The notes under the pieces: generated by a model
Database searches by the model: none
Seen by the model: the letters and a program-made list of their open reading frames with translations, nothing else
Told to the model about the DNA's origin: nothing
Position numbers and translations under genes: made by a program
Assembly (NCBI GenBank): GCA_020184695.1
Contig: JAANOX010000193.1
Location: 1-64,000 of the forward strand
Length of the DNA: 64,000 bases
Direction of reading: 5' to 3'
Source: Histomonas meleagridis 2922-C6/04-290x
Lineage: Eukaryota; Protista; Parabasalia
In this document: in pieces, positions 47,450 to 58,638 of the stretch
Layout of the letters: every line of letters starts with the position of its first letter
Numbering within the stretch: the stretch's first letter is position 1

Positions 47450-48700
47450 ATACATATTGATCAGTTAGCAAATTATTGCATATAAAGAATTTACATCATT
47501 ATCAATTAAAGAAATATTATCCTTTTGATTTTATACGATACATAAAAGAATATATTTTGTAATACGACACATTAATATGCCAACAATATTGTTTGATTAA
47601 AATTATAACCATTTTGTGATGAATTTTCTTGTAATTCTTTTACATCATCATTTTGAAGAAAATTCAATACTACTCATGAATTATTCTCCAAATTTTTTTT
47701 ATGTAATTTACATTACATTCGCTAACACATTGTCATTATCAAAAATTGAAGCATTATCAAATTCATCAATAGGTTCCACATTTTCATATTTTTCTTCATA
47801 TTCTTGTTCTTTTTTATCTTGATCTGTAATTAAAGGTTTTCCATCATCTTAAATTGCATTTTTATATATAAAATTATTATATTGAGGTATTTCTGCTCTT
47901 TCATTTGTTTTCGTATATTCAACAAATTTTCAATTATATGTTTTTCAACATCACGAATATCACATTTCGATGGAGCTCTATGAAGTAATCTATGTGAAGC
48001 ATGCATTTTAACAGCTTTTGGATACGATCAATCATTGATATATAATTATCTAATGAATGATTATTAATAAAGATTTTATTAATTTTCTTTTAGTTTAATT
48101 TTATTTTGTTGGATGATGCTTTACTATATGCAACTACTTTAGACATCAAAACTGTTTCTTTATAATTACTTTTCACATATTGATCTTGAATATATACGAA
48201 GCTACCTGGGATCATATATGTATTCATAAATTTATGTTTTGCATGAAGACCTGATATTATATCTGTTAATGTTTCAAATGAAACCTTTCCTCCACTTTAA
48301 TTACCGAGATACTAAGATCCTTAATTAAAATCCAAAAGAAATTTGCGATATTAACACCAATAGTATGACCTTTGATGCAACAATATCATCAGTATTACAT
48401 ACTGTAATAATAAATTTTTCCTTTAAATTTTCATATCTAATTCTTGTGGCTAATGCACTACAAACACATGGAGGTGTTCCAATCGTAAATGCTTTATCAT
48501 TAATATGATCTTTAAAACGTAAAATTGATGCAGAAATAGCAGCAATTGCTCCTCCAATTGAATGTCCAAAAAATATTATTTCTTTGAGCTGGTTCTCTTT
48601 TATTTTTTCTTCATGAACTCCTTTGAAATGTGGAATAATTTCTTCAATATATGAAACCGTTTATTTCGTAGATATCATTATTACAAAAGACGGTACGAAC
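47450..48700 (-). pseudogene. Class 3 lipase pseudogene
   Basis: IIFFGHSIGGAIAAISA (GHSIGG at 48550-48567), AFTIGTPP and VCNTDDIV on the minus strand, with multiple stops and frameshifts. Boundaries approximate. Confidence 0.7.
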
Positions 48701-48845
48701 TATCAAAAATCTTCTTTTACGTATTTCAATTCAATATGTAAACTATTCAATTTTGGAGAAACTAGTTTTCAAATCGATCACAAATGATTTCACTTTTGAA
48801 GTTGGTGACCAGATGACATGTGATATGAATTAAAATTCAAATTCC

Positions 48846-51327
48846 ATGGAAGGAAAACAAGAACCAAATTGTTCAAATGAAAAATTTAATTCTAACATAC
48901 AACTTTCGTATCCAGAGATGCTTAATATATTATATCACCTTGTGTTTAATTTAACACAAGATAATCTCGAAACATCTATTGAACAGACCATTAAATTATT
49001 TGATTCAAACGATTACACATATTCATTTAATGTAATTACAAGTAAATTAATATACTTCGCGTTATGTTCACATAAAAATCCCATTGATTTATATTTAAAG
49101 TATTTGCAACTCATTCAAACAAAAGAAGAAGAAATTAATGAAAACAATAAAATCATTGAAATCTTTAGTAATTATATAAGCAAAATATATCAACAAGAAA
49201 CATATTACTTAATAGAAAAAATGATTGAACTAAACTTAGTTGATAAAAGTATCATCAAAAACTTTAAGACGAAATATTTTGCACATTATATGACATCCAA
49301 AGAAATGGATGAAATTGATAAATTTCTATCAATGGGCTATGACTTAAATTGTTTAGGACTTGATACACCTGAAATAACATTTTATGAAAATTATAAAGAA
49401 CTATCAAAGAATGATTGGGAATTACATAAGAAATATGTTAAAGAAAGCATAAATGAAAATGAAATTGCGAAAATCATTCGAAATGATGACGTCGAAAAAC
49501 TTCAAGAAATATCAACGCAAACAAACTTTGATTATAATCAAAATATACCAAAATCATTATATGAACGATGTTCATTTGTGAACAAATATGGTGTTGCATT
49601 AATTGATTATTCAGCATATTTTGGCTCGATTAAATGTTTTAAATATTTGTTACTGAATGAAGCAAAGCTAAATAACACATTAAAGTATGCAATTGCTGGA
49701 GGAAATTTAGAGATAATTCATTTATGCCAACAAACCAATCCTTCATTTGAAGGATCATATGAAACAGCAATTGAATATCATAATAATGATGTCTTTAGAT
49801 ATATCTATGAAAATAAAATTGCTGAAATTAATAATATGGAAGAATTAGGATTGAAATGCATTAAATATCATAACTATGATATATTATCATTTTTATTTAA
49901 TGAAGGAATGAAAGTTAATAAAGATATCATTCTTGAATCAGCAAGAAATGGTAATATATTTCTTGTGAAACATTTCCTACAAAATAATGAAATTCCTTCG
50001 GATATATTATATTATTCTTCTGAATCAGGGAATATTGAACTTGTTAAGTATATTTTGGAACAGAAAGGAATTGATATCAATATTGAAAATGAAATTTGTT
50101 TTCGTAATTTAATTTTTAAAGGAAAATTTTAATAATTATTTAAATTAATTAAAACAGCACTTACTATTGCAACTGAAAAAGGTAATACAGAAATAGTTAA
50201 ATTACTTCTTGAACAAGAAGGATTAGATATTAATAATAAAAATAAAATTTGTTTATAAAATTTCCTATTTTAAAAAAATATATAGAAATCATTAAAAATA
50301 TTTGAAAAAGCACTTAAAATCGCATCTCAAAATGGATATACAGAAATAGTTAAAATACTTCTTCAACAAAAAGGAATTAATATTAATGAAAAATTTGGAA
50401 ATTATTTCAAACATTTGAAACAGCACTTATGTGTGCTTCTGAGAAAGGTTATACAGAAATAGTTAAATTACTTCTTGAACAAGAAGGAATTGATATTAAT
50501 GCTAAAAATATTATTTATTTGTTTTATTTATGATTTATTTTAATAATTTTGGATTTCGAAATAATATTTGGAAATTATTTAAATTATTTGATACAGCATT
50601 TATTTATGCTGCTAAATATGGGCACGTAGAAATAGTTAAATTACTTCTAGAAAAAGGGGTTGATATTAATTATAAAAATATTTTTTTGCTTTGTATAAAA
50701 TTTATATTAATAATTTCAAATTTTTTTAAAATATTTGGAAATAATATAAAATTTTTAACACAGCACTTATGTATGCTTCTGTAAGTAATAATATAGAAGT
50801 AGTTAAATTACTTCTTGAACAAAAAGGAATTGATATTAATGCTAAAAGTATTTATTTATTTTATTTAATATATATTTTAATAATTTCATATTTTGAAATA
50901 ATATTTGGAAATTATTTAAATTATTTCGAACAGTACTTATGATGGTTTCGAATAGTAAAAACCAAGAAATAGTTAAATTACTTCTTGAACATGAAGGAAT
51001 TGAAATTAATGCTAAAGATATTTATTTGTTTTATTTGATATTTATTTTAATAATTTATTATTTCAAAATAATATTAGGAAATTATTTAAATTATTTGAAA
51101 CAGCACTTATGATAGCATCTTTCTATGGTCGAACAGAATTAGTTAAATTACTTCTTGAGCAAAAAGAAATTGAAGTTAATGCTAAAAATAATAAATATTT
51201 TATTATTATGATATTTCAAAATTATTTTTGGAAATCGTTAAAAACTCTTAAAACTGCACTTAACTTAGCATCTGAAAAAGGTAATACGGAAATTGTTAAT
51301 TTGCTTCATGAAGCAAATGGGGATTGA
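48846..51327 (+). CDS. DUF3447/ankyrin gene B; 679 aa if its 26 17-nt inserts are removed
   Basis: 415 codons to 50090 (EIAKIIRNDDVEKLQEI, LIDYSAYFGSIKCFKYL), then eight stop-free ankyrin blocks (TAL..A..G.TEIVKLLLEQ.GIDINAK) separated by spacers of 63, 63, 26, 83, 80, 80, 80 and 63 nt. Final stop TGA 51325-27. Confidence 0.75.
50091..51252 (+). repeat. Arrays of 20-nt units (17-nt AT-rich insert + one codon) in ankyrin linkers
   Basis: Spacers 50091-153, 50244-306, 50394-419, 50510-592, 50680-759, 50850-929, 51020-099 and 51190-252. Each length equals 17n+3m. Confidence 0.9.
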
Positions 51328-52156
51328 TACTAATTCTAAGAATATTCTCTAAAATTAATAAAAGAGATTTTCAAGTTCCAATTTATGAAAAATTGTTTTT
51401 ATAATTTTTGTAGTTTTCGCTACGATCATGACACATTCAAAAAGTGAATATTGAGACAAATCATCTGAAAAAGTTATGTTTGAACTTGAAACAGTTAAAA
51501 AACCGTTCTTAATTTGATGGAAACAAGTGAAAGCAATGTTGAACCATTAAACAATAATTATGTGTTGATTCATTAAGCCTAATGATGCTAAATAATTGAT
51601 GCATTAAGTTTTATTCTGTTAAATAAAAATTCATTAAGTGGAATGTGTGGATGGAATGTTCCAAACAAAACGAAAATGTTTTTGTTGTTCTTTTTGTTTC
51701 TCTTCTTAATATGTTTGCTATTTCATTCACTCTGATTCATCACTTTCGTCGTATTCTTTTTTCATTTTATGATTTTTCTTCAACACTTCTTTCAATACAT
51801 TTTGCATCTTTTGTCTAATTCGAGTCCTTCGTTATCTAAATTCTGGGTTTGTTTCATTATTTGCTGTACATTTTCACTTAGATCATTTAAATCGTGTACA
51901 TCTTCATCATATCTATTATCCAATATGATATCATCATCGAAAATTTTCGTTTCATCTGTATAATTATTTCTACATCTTAAAATCTTATTAACTTCTTTAC
52001 GTAAAGTTTCTCTTCATTAGGTGGAAAACATTCTGTAACTTTCTCAATGCAAAACATTGAAACACATTTATATATTAATTTATGGTTTTTGTTTAATTTC
52101 TCAATTTGTTTTTATTTACTAAAGCTAATTCCAAAGTATTATCATATCTCACCAAA

Positions 52157-53887
52157 TTATTTCATTTCAGCGCACACGAATAAGTATGGAACGGGCACTA
52201 ATTTCACTCCATCATTTGACATATTTGGAGTTAAGAACGCGTTTTCACATTTTTCCATGCTCAACACAACGAATCCGTTATTCTCCAGCACTTCCTTAGT
52301 TTTATCCTCTGTCAAGCAAACTGTTCCCTGATGTTGTGTCGGGCTTATCTTTCCATTATCCCATTGGAACGATGCCCAAAGTTTCCCATTATTTTTTAAT
52401 ATTTTCTTGCAACATTTAATTACGTTCTCAATGTTCAATAATTCCAATGCGCCAGTAATGATAATTATGTCAATTGAATCTTCAAATACATTTATTCCTT
52501 TATCTACATCTTGAACAAAAAGATCATTATAACAGTTTCTAATCAAAGCCTTTTCTAACATTTTTTCCGATATGTCGCAACCAATTAACATACCATTAAA
52601 TCCAAGCATTCTTAAGGTTTGGCCTATTAAACCTATTCCACAACATACGTCAAGTATTACATTGTTATTATTATTAATTTCATATAATTTAGATAACTTT
52701 ATAACCCAATCAAATACATATTCATATCGAAGATATGTTACTCCGTCTTCCCATAGTTCTGAAAGTTGATCATATTTTGCGGCGATTTTGTTATTTCCCT
52801 TTAATTCATTAATATTAAATCCTTTTCCCATTTGATTTGAATATTTTTGGAATTTTTCACCCGTAAATTGACTTTTAATATCAGTAATTCCTAACGCTTT
52901 TAATTGATATGGGATTGCATATTCAAATATGTTATTCGTAACTTTAACATTCGAGATAAATGGTGAATGATATTCGCGAATGAACTTATTGTCAAGACAT
53001 AAAAATTCACATTGCTTAAAGCCCCTTCGTACATAGATACGACGACCTTCTTCAGATGCATACACAAGACGAATACTTTTGCACCCGATTTCTTTGAAAT
53101 AGCGTTGGATTTCAATCGCAATACGTGTACCAATGCCATGTCGTCGATGTTCGGGTAATACAAAGATCGCCCATCCACCGCCAACACCTGAACATGGTTC
53201 AACGCCAAAGAATAAGTTCGCGCTTGCAGATGCAACAAGTTTCCCATCCTTAAATGCGGCGATTGTTTGATAATGATATTTCTCGCGTGCCTCATGAACA
53301 AGATTTAATGTAATGTCGCGGTAGTCGGGTTTAAATGTGTTGACGCCATTGTCTGTCCAAAGTCGTTTCCAATGTTCAACTCGTGTTTCATCATATTCGG
53401 GTCCAACTCGCTTAAATATAACACCAGGAACGTCAGGAAGTGTATCCGTATCTACAGTAGAAAGATCACATGCTAATGCATTACTATGAGTAAAATTGAG
53501 ATTTCGTAATAATTGGAAATGTTCGGGAAAATATGAATAAACAAGAACTTTGATTACACTAAGTGAACGGAGATAACAAACAGAATGCATAATAAGCTTC
53601 TCAAGGACGTCAATTGGTCCCCAAAGACCCCACAATGAACCAAACTTAAGAAATGTTGGTGTATAAGGAAATGGCCCTGTACATACTTGTGAACATATGC
53701 CACCAATGGGTTCGCCTGTTTCACCGTATGCCAGAAATGCTGCAAAACATGATTCTGGTTTTAATTCTGATATGAATTTATGAGTCCCACTTGGATCCAA
53801 ATTTGTTGCCTTTTCAATAAAAATTGGTTCAGCTTCAGGTCCCAATTGCTCTATACTGCAAATGTGCACATTATTTTTTTGGCACAT
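52157..53887 (-). CDS. GNAT-GNAT-class I SAM methyltransferase fusion protein
   Basis: Second GNAT has motif A IFVLPEHRRHGIGTRI and SEEGRRIYVRRGF. The MTase has ILDVCCGIGLIG and GCDISEKML. Probable ATG at 53887 with a TCATTT initiator upstream. Confidence 0.8.
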   Translation of the reverse strand: MCQKNNVHICSIEQLGPEAEPIFIEKATNLDPSGTHKFISELKPESCFAAFLAYGETGEPIGGICSQVCTGPFPYTPTFLKFGSLWGLWGPIDVLEKLIMHSVCYLRSLSVIKVLVYSYFPEHFQLLRNLNFTHSNALACDLSTVDTDTLPDVPGVIFKRVGPEYDETRVEHWKRLWTDNGVNTFKPDYRDITLNLVHEAREKYHYQTIAAFKDGKLVASASANLFFGVEPCSGVGGGWAIFVLPEHRRHGIGTRIAIEIQRYFKEIGCKSIRLVYASEEGRRIYVRRGFKQCEFLCLDNKFIREYHSPFISNVKVTNNIFEYAIPYQLKALGITDIKSQFTGEKFQKYSNQMGKGFNINELKGNNKIAAKYDQLSELWEDGVTYLRYEYVFDWVIKLSKLYEINNNNNVILDVCCGIGLIGQTLRMLGFNGMLIGCDISEKMLEKALIRNCYNDLFVQDVDKGINVFEDSIDIIIITGALELLNIENVIKCCKKILKNNGKLWASFQWDNGKISPTQHQGTVCLTEDKTKEVLENNGFVVLSMEKCENAFLTPNMSNDGVKLVPVPYLFVCAEMK

Positions 53888-54202
53888 TCTCGAAATGAAA
53901 ATTTTGAATTTCAATGGGATGCCGTTTAATAATAAATTCTATCACATCACAATGCAAAATTCATGAAAATAATTCAACAAAATCTTTAGAAAGAGAAAAT
54001 AAAAGTGTCTGCCATTTTATTAAGAATTATTATTTAATTTGACAAAAGAAAATCTTATTATTTGATATAAATAATTCACACTCATTTAATTTTATTATGA
54101 GTATACTTGAATTTTTATCTCAAAAGAGTCAGTGATATTAATATTTCATCAATTGGTTAAGCTGCATTTTTTTCCAGCTGTTAAAGTTTTAAGTTTTTAT
54201 TT

Positions 54203-54857
54203 ATGAATGGCTCTGATATAACAAATTACAATGGTGTGCTATTGTGGGTGGAAATGAAGAAATCATTCAATTATGTGAAGCAAAGCACTCGACATTTGAA
54301 GATGTTTATGAAACAGCAATTTCACAATATTATTAGAAAATTGTCTAAATTGTTTAATACAGCACTTATGAAAGCATCTAAAAATGGTAATACAGAAATA
54401 GATAAATTACTTCTTGAACAAAAAGGAATTGATATTAATGTTAAAGATATTTATTTGTTTTATTTCGAATTTATTTTAATAATTTCTTATTTCAAAATAA
54501 TATTTGGAAATTATTTAAATTATTTAGAACAGCACTTATATATGCATCTGATGAAGGTTATAATGAAATAGCAAAATTACTTCTTGAACAAGAAGGAATT
54601 GATATTAATGCTAAAGATATTTATTTGTTTTATTTAATATTTATTTTAATAATTTTATATTTCAAAATAATATTTGGAAATTATTTAAATTATTTGATAC
54701 AGCATTTATTTTAGCATCTGAAAATAGTCATACAGAAATAGTCAAATTACTTCTTGAACAAAAAGGAATTGATATTAATGCCAAAGTTGTCGAATTTGTT
54801 GAATGTCAAACCAACCCTTTCTTGGATGAAGAGATAATGGGGTTTATAAAATATTAA
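54203..54857 (+). pseudogene. Internally deleted DUF3447/ankyrin fragment C with 17-nt-insert spacers
   Basis: 5' part is homologous to 46251 onward but frameshifted. Ankyrin blocks at 54359-448, 54529-618 and 54699 onward, with 80-nt spacers 54449-528 and 54619-698. Confidence 0.75.
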
Positions 54858-55327
54858 AACTGTTTATTTGCTGTTAAGCATTCATAAAAATTAATATTAA
54901 CTAAAAAATAGTATTTGTTATAATTTTAATATGATCTTTACTTTATGAATTAATAATCTTTCATACGAATTGCCAAATGAACTTATAAGTATTTAAAGCA
55001 AAATGCAAAGGAACGTATTTCGATGTTGTGAAAACAATGAGTGGTGACACCACAATTGTTATTGCTAATCGATTGGTTCATATACCGACACAACCCATAC
55101 TTTTTGTTAGCTACATGTGCATGAATTATACCATGTACTAATTACCCCACAATTATCAAGGAAAATCTGATGGACAATATTGAGATATAAAAAAGGTGAA
55201 TTGGACTTAGTTCAAGCTATGGACTTCTTTCTTTTGACAATCTTAAATTAAAAACGGCATTACGAAAAAGTGATGACTGTAAACATTTGAAACATTTTAT
55301 GTCGGTTTTAATCGTCATGATCAGCTA

Positions 55328-56740
55328 ATGAACTATAAAAAATTGCCAAAACGTCATGCTTATTTCCAATTTGGCCATCACTTTGGATTGGAAGAGGAAT
55401 TAGATAGTCAATTTGATGATGAAGATAAAATAAAAAAAGCTAAAAGAAAAAAATCAAAACGTTATTTAGGTGTTTTACATTCATTGAATGCCAAAATTGA
55501 CGCAACCATCAATGCCTTGAAAACACTGACTGATTTAATCCTTGATATTGAAATTCCTTTTGAGTCAAAAGATGTTGAAAAAATTATTAATTTCTATCAT
55601 CAATCAGCACAATTAAAAAAATATGCACAAGAACTTATCTCATATATGTTTTGTTTTCCTCAATACCATCAAATGTTTTTTGAAAGTGGTATATTTAATG
55701 ATATGATAACAAATTTCCAAGATTCAACATGGTTAAATGGAATAAGTAGTTACATACTGTGTGGTCCAGAGTATCGTAATAAAATTATTCAAACAGGTGT
55801 TATTCAAAAAATAATTGAAGTCATTACTCCAAAATCTAATCAAAAGGAGTCAATTGTTTCTTTTGATTACGAGCTTCTTTCATGTGTTGCCATTGCGCTT
55901 GTGCACTTTCCAATTAATGATCCAAATGAATGCGATATTGTCATTCGCTTATACTCTATTCTAAGAGGAATTATGACATTTCTTCAAATTGATGGTGAAA
56001 CAGCAATTCTTAACGCCATTTGTTGGCTTCCTTTGTATAATCCACAGTTTGTAAATATCCTTATTGATTTTGATATAATTTCTTATTTTAATTCTATTGG
56101 GGTTATCGCCCATCAAAATCAGTGTCGCATTGTTTCAAAATTTGTTCAAATTATGGCAAAACAATTTCCAGATTATATCCAACATATGATAGAACATAAT
56201 GTTTGGAATCTTATAGCTAATTTTTTTGAATGGTCAATAAATGCAGAAATGTTTCGACGTCAAGCTTATATCATAGGTTCTGGTGCATTTATAATTGCTT
56301 CATATGATCCAAGAAGTTTCATCAACTCCAATGTTTACGTTTATTTTTTCAGGTGCTTTAATTTTGTCACTTTTCGCATAAGGTCTTTAATGTCTAAAAT
56401 TGAATATTGCGTTGCTTCTAAAGTAACAGATCAAGAATTCGCGATGTTAATGAGTTCAGAGGAATTTAGGTATATATTATTTACTGTTGAACCAGAACCT
56501 TTAGAAACTGATTGTTTGGAATTATTCGATGCATTCACAAAAACAATTATAAGAATCACTCAATTAAATGAAGCAGAAAGTTTGTTAAATGAGCTAATGG
56601 AAAATCAAAATGTGAATGAATGCATTGAAATTTTTAGAAATTCATTTGAGGCTGGAAACTGGGAAAAAATCAGTAAGGAACAATTCGATGAAATTGCATC
56701 AGATGTTGAAGAAAAGCTTTCATCTTTGTTTGTTGAATAA
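55328..56740 (+). CDS. Hypothetical all-helical (ARM/HEAT-like) protein, 470 aa
   Basis: Intact ORF with helical amphipathic periodicity; no diagnostic catalytic motif. Confidence 0.55.
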   Translation: MNYKKLPKRHAYFQFGHHFGLEEELDSQFDDEDKIKKAKRKKSKRYLGVLHSLNAKIDATINALKTLTDLILDIEIPFESKDVEKIINFYHQSAQLKKYAQELISYMFCFPQYHQMFFESGIFNDMITNFQDSTWLNGISSYILCGPEYRNKIIQTGVIQKIIEVITPKSNQKESIVSFDYELLSCVAIALVHFPINDPNECDIVIRLYSILRGIMTFLQIDGETAILNAICWLPLYNPQFVNILIDFDIISYFNSIGVIAHQNQCRIVSKFVQIMAKQFPDYIQHMIEHNVWNLIANFFEWSINAEMFRRQAYIIGSGAFIIASYDPRSFINSNVYVYFFRCFNFVTFRIRSLMSKIEYCVASKVTDQEFAMLMSSEEFRYILFTVEPEPLETDCLELFDAFTKTIIRITQLNEAESLLNELMENQNVNECIEIFRNSFEAGNWEKISKEQFDEIASDVEEKLSSLFVE

Positions 56741-57357
56741 ATAAAATCATAACATTTTTTTATTTGGAAGAAATTAAAATTTCTGTTTTGTTTCATTAAA
56801 AATACATTAAAACTCAGTTTTAAAGTGTCTAAAAACAGCTCTTTCATGTGGGATGTGACAACATATACAGGAAGTGTTTCTAAAGTTTCCAAACTTTGTT
56901 CAAATATTTGCCACAATTAAATATGAAATATTTTATCAACGCATTGAATATATGTTAGTAACACTTGAAATAAATAATGCATAATATATTATGTTGAAGA
57001 ATTTTGAAAAGAATTTGTGTTAAACGCCGAAAGTTCTTATGAAATATTCCAAAGATTAGCAAACTTAACAAAAATAACAGAAGAAATCAAAAGATATGAT
57101 ATGAAATTTCATCAAAACGAAAAAATTCATATTGCATGAAATATCTAAGCAAAAAGCTAAATAGGAAAATTAAGAAAATTTTCAACAAAAAATTAAAAAA
57201 TATTCAAATGATTTCAAAACTATAATCAAAGATGGAAAAAAAGGAAAGAATAAAAACATTTGCTGAAAATGCAAACAAAAAATATAATGAAATCATTAAA
57301 CTTATAAAACAAAAACAAAAAGAAACCCAAAAATATAACCAGTAATGAAATAATATA

Positions 57358-58638
57358 TAGGGTGGTGAAAAAGTCCTTGCGTCGGACTTTTTTTCTCTCA
57401 AATTTCAAGTAAATTTTTAAATTATCATTTATTTAGATGTAGTTACCATTGGCCTCTATTACCCTGAAAAGACCCTCCATCCATTCATTGTAAACATTTT
57501 CTAGGGTTGTTTTTGGTATTGCATAGAGTATTTCGGATACTTTCTCAAAAAGTTTTTTTTTTTTTTTTTCATCTTCAAATTCATATCCCTGAAGTTGATT
57601 TTTGATATACCCGAATAGAAAGAAGTCCGATGGTGCAATATCGGGTAAGTAAGGTGGGTGCTCAAGTCTTTAAATGCCTAATTCTTTTAGTTTGTTTGGG
57701 ACTAAATGTGGTCGAGCATTGTCCATGTGCAAGAAGTAACCTTTAGTTGAAATCTTTTTTGATAAATCTGATAGAACTGTTTCACTAAAAAAACACGGTT
57801 AAATTTCTGAGCTTTTCCAAGCATTGTGATTGACTTTATGCCCGTAATTGACCAAATCACCGAGATCATGACTGTTTTTGAATCAATTTTCCTTTAAACT
57901 CTTTCTGGAACCTGTTATTCTTCGTGAATCCACATTGAATTCCTTGGATTTGAAAAATAAATCCAACTTTCATCTTGTGTGAGTACCTTTCTTAGCTTGT
58001 TCCCGTCTGCATTTGAAAGAAATTCAAAAAGTTTAGTGGCCATTTCTTTCCGTGTTTTTTTGTTTTGTGCGGATAAGATATGAGGTATCCATTTAAAATT
58101 AACATGCTGCATGTTTAATTCATAAATCAAAATGAATTTAACAGATTTTTGTCGACATTTAAGTGTTTTGCAATTTTTCTTGTGCTTGCATAGGGGTTTC
58201 CTTCAAGGTATTTCCTAATTTTGGGAATTAACTCTAATTTTTTTGGTCTCCCAGTTCGGATACGATTAAAAATTGTATGAACACCTTCTTTCATCTTCTG
58301 CGTTCGATCCTGTATTGAACGGAGAGAAATGGCATTGCTTCCATATACATTGTAGATTTCTTGATATGTGGTTCGATTTTGGTAGCCTTTCATCCATAAA
58401 AAGTGGATTACTGAACGAATTTCGATTTGTAATTCATCCATTTATTGTACGAACGTACATCTCTAACGTACAACTAAACAAAAAATAAATGTATCAAACT
58501 GTGTGAACGATAATGTTCGTCTTCTAATACATCAATATGAAGCGTATTCCCTAAATTTTAAAACAATATATTTTACTATAATGAAAGAGTCTATATTGAC
58601 ATGAAAAGTTGACGCGCAAGGACTTTTTCACCACCCTA
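57358..58638 (-). mobile_element. Full-length (1281 bp) decayed mariner transposon
   Basis: Perfect 24-bp TIRs TAGGGTGGTGAAAAAGTCCTTGCG (57358-81 / 58615-38) with TA at 57356-57 and 58639-40. Transposase from 58441 with LTQDESW, LHMDNARPH and PYLPDIAPSDF; frameshifts and stops. Confidence 0.93.

Noticed and set aside
50091-51252. Ankyrin spacers as single conventional GT-AG introns
   Set aside because: GT occurs at about position 8-9 in several spacers, but there is no consistent AG acceptor, branch point or parabasalid ACTAAC motif. A single excision also cannot supply the linker Gly.
50578-54690. -1 ribosomal frameshifting at T_TTA_AAT heptamers (50578, 50915, 51085, 54514, 54684)
   Set aside because: The heptamer is in frame in five spacers, but others lack it or have stops in the needed frames (50130, 50531, 46725). 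It would also insert about 27 hydrophobic residues into each hairpin. The 17+3 model explains all spacers. Not formally excluded.
46689-54698. CRISPR array interpretation of the periodic repeats
   Set aside because: Eukaryotic context, no cas genes, 3-nt variable parts, and the long blocks are ankyrin coding sequence.
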